Shown in pieces: positions 9,201-17,718 of a DNA stretch of 32,000 nucleotides. Position 1 is the stretch's first letter; each line of letters opens with the position of its first letter. The stretch comes from Candidatus Scalindua sp. (lineage in GTDB: Bacteria; Planctomycetota; Brocadiia; Brocadiales; Scalinduaceae), in contig JALDRA010000001.1 of the NCBI GenBank assembly GCA_031316235.1, forward strand, positions 2,640,001-2,672,000, read 5' to 3'. Position numbers and translations under genes: made by a program. A model generated the notes under the pieces. It worked only from the letters and a program-made list of their open reading frames with translations. It ran no database searches and had not been told where the DNA came from.

Positions 9201-10208
9201 GGGTAAAAAAGCAATTGACTGATGCGGAGTTTCCAGTCGTCCGATTACCTCCCTGATCTCCTGCTCTCCCGGCATGAACACCAGGATATCCCCCCCCCGG
9301 GGATTTTTGAGCAGGCCTCTGACCGTTTGAACGACTGCATCCTCGATGGTGACATCTCCCTGCTCTTCCAACTCCTTATCTATCGGTTTATAACGAACTT
9401 CTACCGGGAAGACCTGTCCTGATACCTCAATCACCGGTGCAGCAGGAAATGATTCCGAGAACCGTGGAATGTCCAGGTTGGCTGAGGAGAGGATGAGTTT
9501 CAGATCAGGACGTTTCGGCAGCAGGCGTTTGAGATACCCCAGCAGAAAATCGATATTAAGCGTCCGTTCATGGGCTTCATCAATGATGATAGTGTCGTAA
9601 CTGCGCAAGAAACGATCCCGCTGGATTTCTGTGAGCAGTATTCCGTCAGTCATCATCTGGATGATGGTTTTCTCTGAAATTTTTTCAGAAAACCTGATCT
9701 TGTACCCCACTGCAGTGCCAAGCTTCACATCCAGCTCTTCCGCAACTCTTTGTGCCATGGAAGTTGCCGCTATGCGTCTCGGTTGGGTGCAGCCGATTAT
9801 TGCGGCTTGCCCCCGGCCGGCATCAACACACATTTTTGGCACTTGTGTTGTCTTGCCGGAACCCGTTTCTCCTGCAATGATCAATACCTGATGGTTCCGG
9901 ATTGCATCAATCAGCTCTTCCCGATGTTTGAAAATGGGGAGATGGACCGGGTAAGACATGGCGGGGCATTCCTCCAGGCGGTTTTTTCTCAAGAGTGCCG
10001 ATGCCTTGATCCGGTCATGGAGCTGCCGGACCTCCTCGTACCATCTCTTGTTTTTGTCTTCCTGTTTTCGTAAGCGGTTCAATTGCTGTTGAAATTTCCA
10101 CCGGTCGCTCAGCATGGTTGCCTCATTGAGTTGTCTCAATTTTCCCAGATGGGGCGATGGGTGGGTGAATGTTTCATGCATAGTAATATTTAGTGGTAGA
10201 TGACTCAT
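6219..10208 (-). CDS. hrpA: ATP-dependent RNA helicase HrpA (DEAH-box)
   Basis: 1329 aa. It has GETGSGKTTQ (motif I), IIDEAHER (DEAH), TNIAETSLTIPG and QRKGRAGR, followed by the long HrpA-type C-terminal extension. Confidence 0.95.
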   Translation of the reverse strand: MSHLPLNITMHETFTHPSPHLGKLRQLNEATMLSDRWKFQQQLNRLRKQEDKNKRWYEEVRQLHDRIKASALLRKNRLEECPAMSYPVHLPIFKHREELIDAIRNHQVLIIAGETGSGKTTQVPKMCVDAGRGQAAIIGCTQPRRIAATSMAQRVAEELDVKLGTAVGYKIRFSEKISEKTIIQMMTDGILLTEIQRDRFLRSYDTIIIDEAHERTLNIDFLLGYLKRLLPKRPDLKLILSSANLDIPRFSESFPAAPVIEVSGQVFPVEVRYKPIDKELEEQGDVTIEDAVVQTVRGLLKNPRGGDILVFMPGEQEIREVIGRLETPHQSIAFLPLFGRLSHRDQNRIFQNTSQRKVIVATNIAETSLTIPGVRYIIDTGLARLSRFSNRSHTLRLPVEAISRSSANQRKGRAGRVERGVCIRLYSEEDYQQRPEFTPPEIVRSSLAEVILRMKYQRLGDIEEFPFIDPPSSSAVRSGIKLLKELGALDDARELTSLGREMAQLPIEPRTARMLLAAKQENTLREVLVIAAGISIQDPREYPLEKTEQARECHSAFIDRTSDFITLLNIWNSYHTQWESLKTENKMRKFCKAHFLSFSRMREWRDIHRQLMKLFNKPSDFPLKQEISDYRGIHVSILAGHLTQIAFKKEKNLYQTTGNREIMVFPGSGVFNKGQPWIVASELVETSRLFARRVANIEVDWLEAIGKELCKRSYSEPSYNEKKQSVTAYEKVTLYGLVIVPRRLVHYGKINPREATALFIEKALVEGKLHAPHPFFEHNRALKERIIQKGAKLRRCYEFEVNRAMRDFYTERLHHIASAHDLNGLLMKKNKKENQRFLFMSEKDFSIAFEEPSRQDFPDNWNLGNHILPLNYRFKPEENRDGVTLRIEEKMLPYMDADSLDWLVPGLWEEKILYLMKGLPKKLRKLLVPIPETAKTAAQNIKRTHPSFLEALSDHLLRTSGVSISPDEWDEGRLPDYLKMRIEIEDHQHNVIARGRDVNTLLKEGKRLLKEKSHADDSSLELSQWREASNQWELHNLSSWSFEDLQQQIILETPSGIPLYGYPGLKADEEGIHRCLFHRKEEACTATKEGIKQLLLLQLGYETAWLERDLNDLRGLEGEYTVFGSVAQLQEYARENLHNYLFEVTWIESRKAYEKHLALVKKRLDGLMVKFKDTLERILCQYHETRKDLDRFLNQRSLGEAYQELTAQLNQLLPPDFLRTIPYTQLQHLPRYLKAMSVRAERLAVNLPKDQGKMEKITPYLNKWRALHENSSLSGAQQSAVRELYWMLEEYKVSLFAAELRTAIPVSTKRLDRCLEKFSQIEKKPTLSG

Positions 10209-10326
10209 TTCCCTATATTACCACCAGGTAGATGAGATATCAAGCGATACCAGCAGATTGACACGCATACTAATCTGAATGGGTGTCAACCAGGGAGCTG
10301 GAGGCGGCAGCCAGCAGCCAGGCACC

Positions 10327-11895
10327 TTAATATACATGTGATATCTTAAGGGTAAACGAGACCTGCTCGTCCGGCGCCGATACATCCGATATCGTCACCT
10401 GAAAATTTTTTGAGCTGTAGACAAACTCGTCACCAGGTTGAAAGGCACCGCTTGACTGGTGTGGAATGTTTCGGACACGCGCAGGTACGAGCCTCCGGAT
10501 CTGCTGAGATGTGGAGGTGTGCTGGTCGATCTCGAATAGTATCAGTCCGCTCTCCGGAGAGGACCCGGGGTATTCCTCATTGAAGCTACTGCCTCCCCGG
10601 CTTTCAGGAAGATAGTAGCGGTTTTCTATTGTGAGAAAATGGAGCGGGTCCCCTTCGATGGGAATTTTATAGATGTAGGCGGAATTGGCGTCATAGGTCT
10701 GGGCCGCGGTGAGATGGTGGCTGGTTAAGGTGAAGGTTCCGCTGGATTCGATCGTCACCGGCTCTATCCAGTGGACAAAAAGCCATTTTTCCATTGCAGC
10801 CAGATGGTAGGGATTCGGGTCTCCGCTGTGGGCACTGAAGGCGTAGTCACCAAGGTCATTCGGTTTGTGATAATAATCCCGGTATCCGAGAAGGAGATGG
10901 CCGATTTCGTGGACCCAGGTCCCAGCGTGTGTGAATGCACCGGGGTCGCCAGGGCCCCATTGCTCTGAAATGTTGTTATAACGGCTGAAGAGGATCGGCT
11001 GGGCGGCAAAGGTCTCGAAGTTTGGATCCGCCGGATCGACAAGGGAGGCAACGTTATGGAGATACGGGCTCTGTGTTTGAGGGTTGTAGGAGTAATTGGT
11101 CCATGACAGGTTCTCTCCTGCCAGTTTCCCCGGCTGACCTTCATAGACGATAACGAATCCGTCAAGCACCGAATTCTTGTCGGCATCATAAGCCGTGAGG
11201 TCGACACCCAGATCAGCAACTGCCGAACGCAGGACATCCATTGCATACTCTCTTTTTTTTACGAACCACTCCCCCCGTTGAGAATCGTAGAAGTAGTAGT
11301 TGGGCTCTTTATCACGGAGATATGTCATATTGTCGCTGACCATCCAGGGGAACACATCAAAGGTGATTCGCAGCTGTCCGCCCGAGACCTCACGAAAATA
11401 GCCGGCAGGTCCGCGTGGCCCGTTGAGAAAGGCGCTGAGTTCAGCAGGGGTCTTTTTCTGGTAGCCGGGATAGACACTCTCCGGGTTGTTGTGATTGCTC
11501 TCGTCAGTTGCCGGATCGAAGTCGCTCCAGTCTACAAGGAATACCGGGATGGTTACCGCTCCCCTGACGGGCAGGGTCGGGAAATTGGCTATTCCGTCGT
11601 TGTCTTGATCAAGACCATAGGTGACAGAGGAGTTCTGCTCAAGGAGGGAAAATCCGGAAATGAATGGATTAACGGTCCAGCAATCGTTACCCGATACCCG
11701 GACGATAGATACTGCCGGGTTCCTGTTTTCAGGCTGAGAGACTGAAGTCATCTCGATATCAGGGTGAAGAGCGTGATGACCGGAAACAGGCGTATCAGCA
11801 GGAACGCTCTTTGCGAAGGTAAAGAACACAATCGGTCCAGTTAATAAAACAGACAACAGCCATCTTCTCACCATCCATCTCACTCCTTTACCCAT
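10327..11895 (-). CDS. Secreted zinc metalloprotease (HExxH), M6/immune-inhibitor-A-like domain
   Basis: It has VHEIGHLL and a signal-peptide-like MVRRWLLSVLLTGPIVFFTFAKS. The start is uncertain: the track gives 11985, but ATGs at 11895 and 11874 each follow a GGAG and sit just before the signal peptide. Confidence 0.75.
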   Translation of the reverse strand: MGKGVRWMVRRWLLSVLLTGPIVFFTFAKSVPADTPVSGHHALHPDIEMTSVSQPENRNPAVSIVRVSGNDCWTVNPFISGFSLLEQNSSVTYGLDQDNDGIANFPTLPVRGAVTIPVFLVDWSDFDPATDESNHNNPESVYPGYQKKTPAELSAFLNGPRGPAGYFREVSGGQLRITFDVFPWMVSDNMTYLRDKEPNYYFYDSQRGEWFVKKREYAMDVLRSAVADLGVDLTAYDADKNSVLDGFVIVYEGQPGKLAGENLSWTNYSYNPQTQSPYLHNVASLVDPADPNFETFAAQPILFSRYNNISEQWGPGDPGAFTHAGTWVHEIGHLLLGYRDYYHKPNDLGDYAFSAHSGDPNPYHLAAMEKWLFVHWIEPVTIESSGTFTLTSHHLTAAQTYDANSAYIYKIPIEGDPLHFLTIENRYYLPESRGGSSFNEEYPGSSPESGLILFEIDQHTSTSQQIRRLVPARVRNIPHQSSGAFQPGDEFVYSSKNFQVTISDVSAPDEQVSFTLKISHVY

Positions 11896-12597
11896 ACCCA
11901 TTCTCCTTATACTTTCAGGCAATTCAACAATTCCTGGTAATTCAAAGGATTGTCTGATCTGCACATAATCAATTTGTTTACCCACTGCGTGAACGGAAAC
12001 AACAGCTCTATTCTTTTGACAATTTGTGTACCAAAGAGATTGCCTGCGGAATAAATGTTGTAAGTCTCAAATATGTAACTGTTTGCAATATCCGGTTTAT
12101 TCGGAGAGGGTATGGAGAGTTGCGCTGCACGTAAACTAAATCTGAATAAACCCAGGAAAACAGGCAGCCTTTTTGAATGTAACTATCTGAAACAGTGAAA
12201 CTTAGCTTTATACTGGCTTAGGGGGAGTGTATTCAACAATAATTGACAGGGAAAAGGGGGTGCAGCAGTACAAAGGATATAAACAACGGGTAAGAACAGC
12301 CCTCTGATCCCCTTCAATGGGCTGGTGATTTAACTGAGTTTATCGTGAAACTTACGAATCAACGGTTCAGACTTGTCCAGAGGAGAGTAGGCGGGTTTTC
12401 GGTGACTCCTGAACCTTTGAGCGGTGAAACCGTGAAAAAGGTTCCGAAAAGTCTAAGAGTGAAGGGAATATTGAGTATTTGCGAAGGGATACACAATGTG
12501 ATAGGATAAGGAATAAATTTTTATAAGCAGTATTCTCAGGTCTCACGTATCGATTGTCTCTTTCGATACGACTATTTCATCAGTAGTGATAAGCTGT

Positions 12598-12710
12598 TAT
12601 ACTCATCTCATACTGGATTTCGGATAAAATCCGAGATAAAATTGAGCGAGTATACCTTCACCAGGATCTGGTTTCCGGTAAGACCGAAAACCAAATCGGT
12701 TTTAGTATAT
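12598..12710 (-). repeat. RPT-C, full-length copy (inverted relative to 23531-23623)
   Basis: Its reverse complement aligns almost base for base with 23531-23623 (...ggtgaaggtatactcgctcaattttatctcggat.ttatccgaaatccagtatgagatgagtata), with a ~20-nt extra segment. Confidence 0.6.
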
Positions 12711-12755
12711 CTACGGTCTTCATAAAAGTTGACGGATCAAGGGAGATCATTGGCT

Positions 12756-13298
12756 ATGGTTTTAGATTTGTTCCCTCTCAACTCTGTGGTATTTCCTTAT
12801 CAGAAAACGGCACTACGCATTTTTGAACCGAGATATCTCAGATTGATGGAAGTGTGTCACCGGGAGGCGCGTTCTTTTGGTGTCTGCCTGATTAGAGAGG
12901 GGAAAGAGGTCGGAGCGCCTGCAATCCCTTTTAAGATTGGAACATCTGTTGCAATTGAGGAGTTTACGAGGGTATCCGATGCCCTCATTTTTCTCGTAGT
13001 CCGGGGTGAAAGAAGATTCAGAATAGAGCGCTTTGTCCAGGAGCAGCCGCATATAAAAGCAGAGGTATCGTGGCTGGATGATGAGGCCCCGGAGTTTCCC
13101 GGCGATTACCCTCAGCTTCGTACCTGCGTAGCGGCTATTGTAAAAGAGAAAGGGAAAATTCCTGATGATGACAATGAGTTTCTTGGTGTTGTAGGAACCC
13201 TGTTAAGCGAACATCTCCTGGAAAAACAGAAAATCATCGAACTCCCCGGTGAGAAAGTAGTTCCCTGCTTAATAAGGTTTCTGGAGTCTCTTGGATGA
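12756..13298 (+). CDS. LON N-terminal (substrate-binding) domain protein
   Basis: LFPLNSVVFPYQKTALRIFEPRYLRLM is the signature start of Lon-N/PUA-like stand-alone domains. ATG 12756 follows GGGAG. The track start is TTG 12729. Confidence 0.8.
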   Translation: MVLDLFPLNSVVFPYQKTALRIFEPRYLRLMEVCHREARSFGVCLIREGKEVGAPAIPFKIGTSVAIEEFTRVSDALIFLVVRGERRFRIERFVQEQPHIKAEVSWLDDEAPEFPGDYPQLRTCVAAIVKEKGKIPDDDNEFLGVVGTLLSEHLLEKQKIIELPGEKVVPCLIRFLESLG

Positions 13299-13357
13299 TT
13301 TTTTCATTTCGGGTTTCTCAATGGCAGGGGCATCAGAATTTGTTTCGAATTATTTAT

Positions 13358-13500
13358 TGTTCGAACGTAAACTACTCATCTACTGCGTTGCCGTAAAAAT
13401 TCCGTAATCCTCACGTACTTGAGTACGCTCCGGTTCCAGAATTTTTACGCGCCTTGTACCTGGGCAGTTTTCGTCCAAACACAGAGTTTTCGTTCAAACA
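13358..13500. repeat. RPT-A, a ~126-bp palindromic element, plus a tandem duplication of its terminal 18 nt
   Basis: It aligns, by eye at most positions, with the reverse complement of 24917-25042. The inner inverted repeat is gtaaaaattc...gaatttttac, and the end gggcagttttcgtccaaacac is followed by agagttttcgttcaaaca. It lies between convergent gene ends and overlaps the reductase stop codon. Confidence 0.65.
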
Positions 13501-14327
13501 GTAAGGGACTCAATCAGCTTTACGTCATCACTCTTGAGCTCAAAATCCGTTACCTGGAGATCTTCCTTCATGTGCTGTTCATTTGTGGTCCCTGTCAGCG
13601 GGAGTATTCCCGCCTGGATGGAAAATCGGAATACTACCTGTTCAGGCGTTTTCCCCAGCTCTTCGGCAATCTGCTGAACCCGGGGATTTTGCATGACAAA
13701 AGGGTTGGCTGTCAGCAAGGAGAAACCCTCGTAAACAATACCGCTGGCATTGCAGAAACTCCTCACCTCCCGGTCCCAGCCCAGGGCCGCAAAGCACCTG
13801 TTCTGGACGACCATGGGTTTGATCTCTGCCTTTTCGCTCAAGAGTTTCAACTGCTCACTATTCACATTGCTGATGCCGATGCATTTCGCTTTCCCGGATT
13901 GGTAAAGTCCCACGATGGCACTCCAGACCTCCCAGTCCTCCTCTCCCAGGCCCGGGTGGGAATAGGGGCCATGCAGGAGATAGCAATCCACATAATCTGT
14001 CTGAAGGTTTCTCAGGGAACTCTCAAAGGATTGCCTTACCTGTGTGGTGAGGTCGGCGGATGGATCATAGGGAATTCTCTGGTCCTGTCCGTTGGCCGGG
14101 GTAAATTTGGTCTGGATAAACAGTGACTCACGCGCGATACCCTCACCGGCCAGTTCTGTTAAGGCTTTTCCAACAAGGTGTTCCTGGTAGTGCCTGGGTT
14201 GGTTTGCAGTATCGATACCGGTGAATCCGGCTGTGACCGCCTTTTTTACCAGTTCGGCAGTACGCTCCTCTTTCCATGCCGTACCATAGATGAACGGAGG
14301 GAATTTTTTACTCTTGTCTCTATGCAT
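13494..14327 (-). CDS. Aldo/keto reductase family oxidoreductase
   Basis: 277 aa. AKR motifs are present: YGTAWKEE, GFTGIDTANQPRHY, DCYLLHGP and a conserved C-terminal IL(P)LTGTT segment. Confidence 0.9.
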   Translation of the reverse strand: MHRDKSKKFPPFIYGTAWKEERTAELVKKAVTAGFTGIDTANQPRHYQEHLVGKALTELAGEGIARESLFIQTKFTPANGQDQRIPYDPSADLTTQVRQSFESSLRNLQTDYVDCYLLHGPYSHPGLGEEDWEVWSAIVGLYQSGKAKCIGISNVNSEQLKLLSEKAEIKPMVVQNRCFAALGWDREVRSFCNASGIVYEGFSLLTANPFVMQNPRVQQIAEELGKTPEQVVFRFSIQAGILPLTGTTNEQHMKEDLQVTDFELKSDDVKLIESLTV

Positions 14328-14552
14328 ATTTATCTCCTTCAGAAAATGACAGAATTCGTTTCGCGATCATACCGGGCTTTAAGAGTAACAACCTGGCTGA
14401 GCCGGAATAGATAAAAAATTCATCACCTTCCGTTCCGGGTTCCGCCAGGCTTGGGAATACCTCTTTTTCTGATAGCGGGTACATGGGTAGCGATTTCTTT
14501 ATAGTCTGAATTTTATAAAGTTGGCTATCACTTTGTCAATCATCATCGGTCA

Positions 14553-14612
14553 TTATTTCGCGCCTTGTTCCTGGGCAGTTTTCGTTCAAACACAGGGTAT
14601 TTGTGTACGCAC
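14553..14612. repeat. RPT-A, right-half fragment
   Basis: ttatttcgcgccttgttcctgggcagttttcgttcaaacac plus the second terminal-like unit agggtatttgtgtacgcac. The left half is absent. Confidence 0.5.
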
Positions 14613-15394
14613 CTCGAATTGCCGGGCAAACTTCTGTTCCTCGCGGACCATTTTCGACAGCCCTCAATTACTAAAGACTCTTCCTGAGACAAAAACCTTG
14701 AATATGGGAGCTGTTTTTGATACCATCGAATGCTTTATCAGTATAGCTTGTAAGGCATTGTTAGGCGTTTACAGCGCCATGGTTACCAACAGGATGTCGC
14801 TGTTTTTCCCGCCTGCCCGCCCGGCTCCGCCGTTCGGACGGGTACCTATTCGGGCAGGTAAGTTGTTGAATATATTATGCTTAAACTGATAATTTTAGAC
14901 TAAAATACCTTATCGCAGGCACAGAGGCTGCGGAGAAAAACAAATTGTTGTTGGAGTTCCCGTCCGAGCGGTTGGGCCGGCCGGGCAAAATTGGAACCCC
15001 TACTTTTACTCTGCGTTCTCCGCGACCTCTGCGTTAAAAGAAAATATTAAGGGCTTTAAATGGAATTTCCTAATCGAATTATTGTTGGTGAATGACAACC
15101 TGATGAAAGCGGCTGTATTTCCAAGCTTGTCTTAGAAATAATTTAGAGATTAACAATGCCACGCTTCGATTGTAACAAAGAAAATTAATAACATTGTTGG
15201 TCAATCCAAAATACCTTTTGTTTATAAGAGTTCTTTTAAAGTAATAACCACGTTGAGCAGAAAGCAAGCGCTTGTATCAATGAGCAACTTTTAAGGGAAA
15301 GCCTGCCCCGGTGCGATCCGCCCTGCAGTCTGGGCCAGGGTTTCTTTTGTAAGAGAATTTCAGGTATGGAGGAAAAAACAGAGAACGCGATTAC

Positions 15395-16132
15395 ATGAAG
15401 AAACTTTTCCAGACTATTTACACACTCTACGCATGGATTACTCTTGGTATTTTGTGGGCGGCAGGTTATTTCATCTTAATCTTTTCAACGCTGGGTGTTA
15501 AGGACAAGGAGTCTCGATATAACGCGCTTGAGCGAAAATTAACAAGAATCGCCTTTCGGCTGATGGGTGTGAGAATAGATACGCAGGGTGTTGAAAATAT
15601 CCCTGTTGATGAGCCGGTAATATTTGTATCGAATCACCAGAGCTTTTTTGATATCAAACTCTCCCTGGCGGCTATTCCCAGGAATATCAGTTTTATCTCC
15701 AAGGATATTCTTTTCAAGATACCATTTCTGGGGAAGTATATGAGAGTTTCCGGCCATATCGGCATACGCAGAAGTAATGAGAGGGCTGCCTATGAAGCGC
15801 TGTCTAAGGTTGTGAACAAGTTGAAAGGTGGAAAGTCCGTTGTCTTTTTTCCTGAAGGTACAAGGAGTGAAAACGGTGAGCTCGGGCCGTTTAAGAGGGG
15901 AGTTTCAATGGTCGTCTTACGGTCCGGCCGAAAGGTTGTCCCGACCGCCATTATAGGAAGCGGACATTTTCTGGCGAAAAACAGTTTTCTCTGTAATCCG
16001 CAAAAGAGGAATGTCTGTTTTCGATTCGGCAAGCCTCTGGAATTTTCGACGGGAGAGAAAGAGGACAGATCGCTGTCCAGAGAGGTAGTAACAAAGATAA
16101 GAGACGAAGTCTCTAAACTTTTATATAACTGA
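15395..16132 (+). CDS. plsC: 1-acyl-sn-glycerol-3-phosphate acyltransferase
   Basis: It has an N-terminal TM helix, NHQSFFDI (the HX4D motif), FPEGTRS and an IIG-type block. Confidence 0.9.
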   Translation: MKKLFQTIYTLYAWITLGILWAAGYFILIFSTLGVKDKESRYNALERKLTRIAFRLMGVRIDTQGVENIPVDEPVIFVSNHQSFFDIKLSLAAIPRNISFISKDILFKIPFLGKYMRVSGHIGIRRSNERAAYEALSKVVNKLKGGKSVVFFPEGTRSENGELGPFKRGVSMVVLRSGRKVVPTAIIGSGHFLAKNSFLCNPQKRNVCFRFGKPLEFSTGEKEDRSLSREVVTKIRDEVSKLLYN

Positions 16133-16143
16133 AGGGAGAAGCC

Positions 16144-16377
16144 ATGTGCGACCTCGGAGGAGATTTGAGCTGTGATCTGGGAACCTGGCAGTGTGCCTGC
16201 TGTGGTAAGGGGGTAAATGATCTCGATGTAAGGGCAGGACGGATTGAGGGGTTATGTGACCTGGGAATATGCAGTTCCTGCCGTAATGATCCCGCTGAGT
16301 GGTTTGACTTTGCAGGTACTGAATGGGATGATGGTGCGTGTGATCTGTGTAATTCACCCTGCAAGCTGAAGCGTTAG
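16144..16377 (+). CDS. Hypothetical small acidic Cys-rich protein (12 Cys in 77 aa; four CDLG/CDLC repeats)
   Basis: ATG lies 4 nt after GGGAGAAGCC (SD-like) and 11 nt after the plsC stop. There is a strong first-position G bias in codons. The antisense ORFs are low-complexity H/P/S-rich. I recognise no family. Confidence 0.45.
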   Translation: MCDLGGDLSCDLGTWQCACCGKGVNDLDVRAGRIEGLCDLGICSSCRNDPAEWFDFAGTEWDDGACDLCNSPCKLKR

Positions 16378-16390
16378 GAATCGCTGCTCG

Positions 16391-16494
16391 ACCAGATCTG
16401 GTTTTAGATTCATCTCAAAACCAGATCCTGGTTGTTTGGTAGACTTGTTCCGTTTTGTCTCGGATTTATCCGAAAATCATTATACGATGAGTAT
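16391..16494 (+). repeat. RPT-C, divergent copy
   Basis: It shares aaaaccagatcctggt and the core gtctcggatttatccgaaaatcattatacgatgagtat with the other copies. It begins with the palindrome accagatctggt followed by TTTT. Confidence 0.5.
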
Positions 16495-16552
16495 CTATGA
16501 AAAAGAGAGTATCTGCGCCGTTTTAAACGAGGAAAACATTTTTATTTAAATT

Positions 16553-16858
16553 ATGGCCATGTCTTCACAACATTTAACCATTGCATTTCTGATTGCAACA
16601 GTTGTAGCTTTTTTGATTTATAAAGATGCGCTGAAGAATGGATATAGTAAGAATGCAGCCCTGGGCTGGATGGCGGGTGTGTTTCTGGTCATGATCGTTT
16701 TTCTGCCGGCATATCTGATCGTGACATATATCGTATTAAAGGGGGGGAGCGGCAGACGTACTGAAATTTTAACTCCCTGCGAGCACTGTAGAAAACACTA
16801 TACTGGCAATCCGAATTACTGTCCGCATTGTGGACATCTGGTGCGCAAGGTATGGTGA
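16553..16858 (+). CDS. Membrane protein with a C-terminal zinc-ribbon (CxxC...CxxC)
   Basis: It has two hydrophobic helices (LTIAFLIATVVAFLIY, GWMAGVFLVMIVFLPAYLIVTYIVL), then CEHCRKHYTGNPNYCPHCGH. Confidence 0.65.
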   Translation: MAMSSQHLTIAFLIATVVAFLIYKDALKNGYSKNAALGWMAGVFLVMIVFLPAYLIVTYIVLKGGSGRRTEILTPCEHCRKHYTGNPNYCPHCGHLVRKVW

Positions 16859-16881
16859 CATTGCGAAAGGCATAAGAGACA

Positions 16882-17307
16882 ATGAAAGAGCGAATAACAA
16901 AAGAATTGAAGGATGCAATGAAGGCCAGGGATACCACCCGGGTGTCTGTCTTGAGAATGCTGCTGGCAGAAATAACACATCTCGAAAAATCCGGTAAAGA
17001 ATTTGATTGTCAGGATGTGGTAAAGGGCTATGCCAAAAAACTGAAGAATGCTGTTGATGAGTACAAACGTTTAGGTATTCAGGATCGGGTGGATGCAAAT
17101 GTGTCAGAGCTTGCAATTGTTGAAGAGTTTCTTCCGAAGCAGCTGTCCGATGGTGAGCTTGAAAACATAGTTCGCGAGGTGGTTGAGTCGGAAAAACTGA
17201 CAAGTAAAGATATCGGTTCCGCAATGAGGATTATTATGGGCAGGTATAAGGATGTTGCTGACGGCAGAAAGGTTCAGTCCCTCATAAAGAGTATACTTGC
17301 GGGTTGA
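16882..17307 (+). CDS. yqeY: GatB/YqeY domain-containing protein
   Basis: MKERITKELKDAMKARDTTRVSVLRMLLAEI is the canonical YqeY N-terminus. The length is 141 aa. Confidence 0.9.
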   Translation: MKERITKELKDAMKARDTTRVSVLRMLLAEITHLEKSGKEFDCQDVVKGYAKKLKNAVDEYKRLGIQDRVDANVSELAIVEEFLPKQLSDGELENIVREVVESEKLTSKDIGSAMRIIMGRYKDVADGRKVQSLIKSILAG

Positions 17308-17601
17308 AAGGGGCTTATGAATAAGGCCACCGCACAGATTTTTGTCCCTCTGATTGTTTTTCAGGCTCTCTGAAGGAGGTGACGTCAAACCATTGGATCT
17401 TCAGCTTGTGTTGCTCCCTGTGACCGAACCATGAGCATATCATTCTCTCGGGGGGCTGTTCAATTACCTTGCCTGCAGACAAGTCAGCCGGGCGAAAATT
17501 CTCTCGAAACCTGCTCGATTTCAATTCCTGACTGATGAAGGAGTTACATCACAATATATGTGATAGTAAGCTTTGATGCATACAAAATGTTGTATTTTTC
17601 T

Positions 17602-17629
17602 TTGACATTCGGTGTTTTGCTGGTATACT
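17602..17629 (+). promoter_or_regulatory. Candidate sigma70-type promoter (TTGACA-N16-TATACT) upstream of the glutaredoxin-like gene
   Basis: TTGACA is at 17602-17607 and TATACT at 17624-17629. It lies ~90 nt upstream of ATG 17719. This is pattern match only. Confidence 0.4.
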
Positions 17630-17718
17630 TCCCGGCACATTGTATTAAACGGTCCACATTGCTGAAAAAGGCAGGTCTTTTATCATTATAATCCTTTATG
17701 AAAGGGGGAGTGAGCAGT

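Noticed and set aside
10764-11745. 160-aa (minus strand, alternate frame) and 155-aa (plus strand) ORFs within the metalloprotease gene.
   Set aside because: They overlap a longer ORF that has a signal peptide and an HExxH motif. Their translations are low-complexity (S/T/P/R-rich).
12195-12430. Repeated GTGAAAC strings reminiscent of CRISPR repeat termini.
   Set aside because: There are only three short occurrences, at irregular spacing (150 and 79 nt). There is no 24-40-nt repeat unit, no regular spacers and no cas genes.
13419-14126. 235-aa track ORF on the + strand.
   Set aside because: It lies antisense to a well-supported aldo/keto reductase. It starts at a non-ATG codon inside the RPT-A repeat, and its N-terminus (STLRFQNFYAPCTWAVFVQTQ) is the repeat-derived peptide also seen at 14521 and 24980.
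14521-14889. 122-aa track ORF in the gene-free gap.
   Set aside because: It begins at a non-ATG codon, its N-terminus is encoded by the RPT-A half copy, and its C-terminus by the GC-rich module. It shows no SD and no family features.
16113-16364. Two minus-strand ORFs (83 and 78 aa) overlapping the Cys-rich ORF.
   Set aside because: The translations are H/P/S/R-rich and low-complexity, with no SD. One would overlap the plsC 3' end. The + strand ORF has the better start context and codon-position bias. The locus remains uncertain, so it is flagged as a finding.
17315-17524. 69-aa minus-strand ORF after yqeY, small +-strand ORFs behind a GAAGGAGGTGA string, and a 17-nt palindrome atcacaatatatgtgat (17548-17564).
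   Set aside because: None of the ORFs has a recognisable product or a sensible start. The palindrome has TCACA-N5-TGTGA polarity, the reverse of a CRP-type site. I judged this insufficient to call anything.
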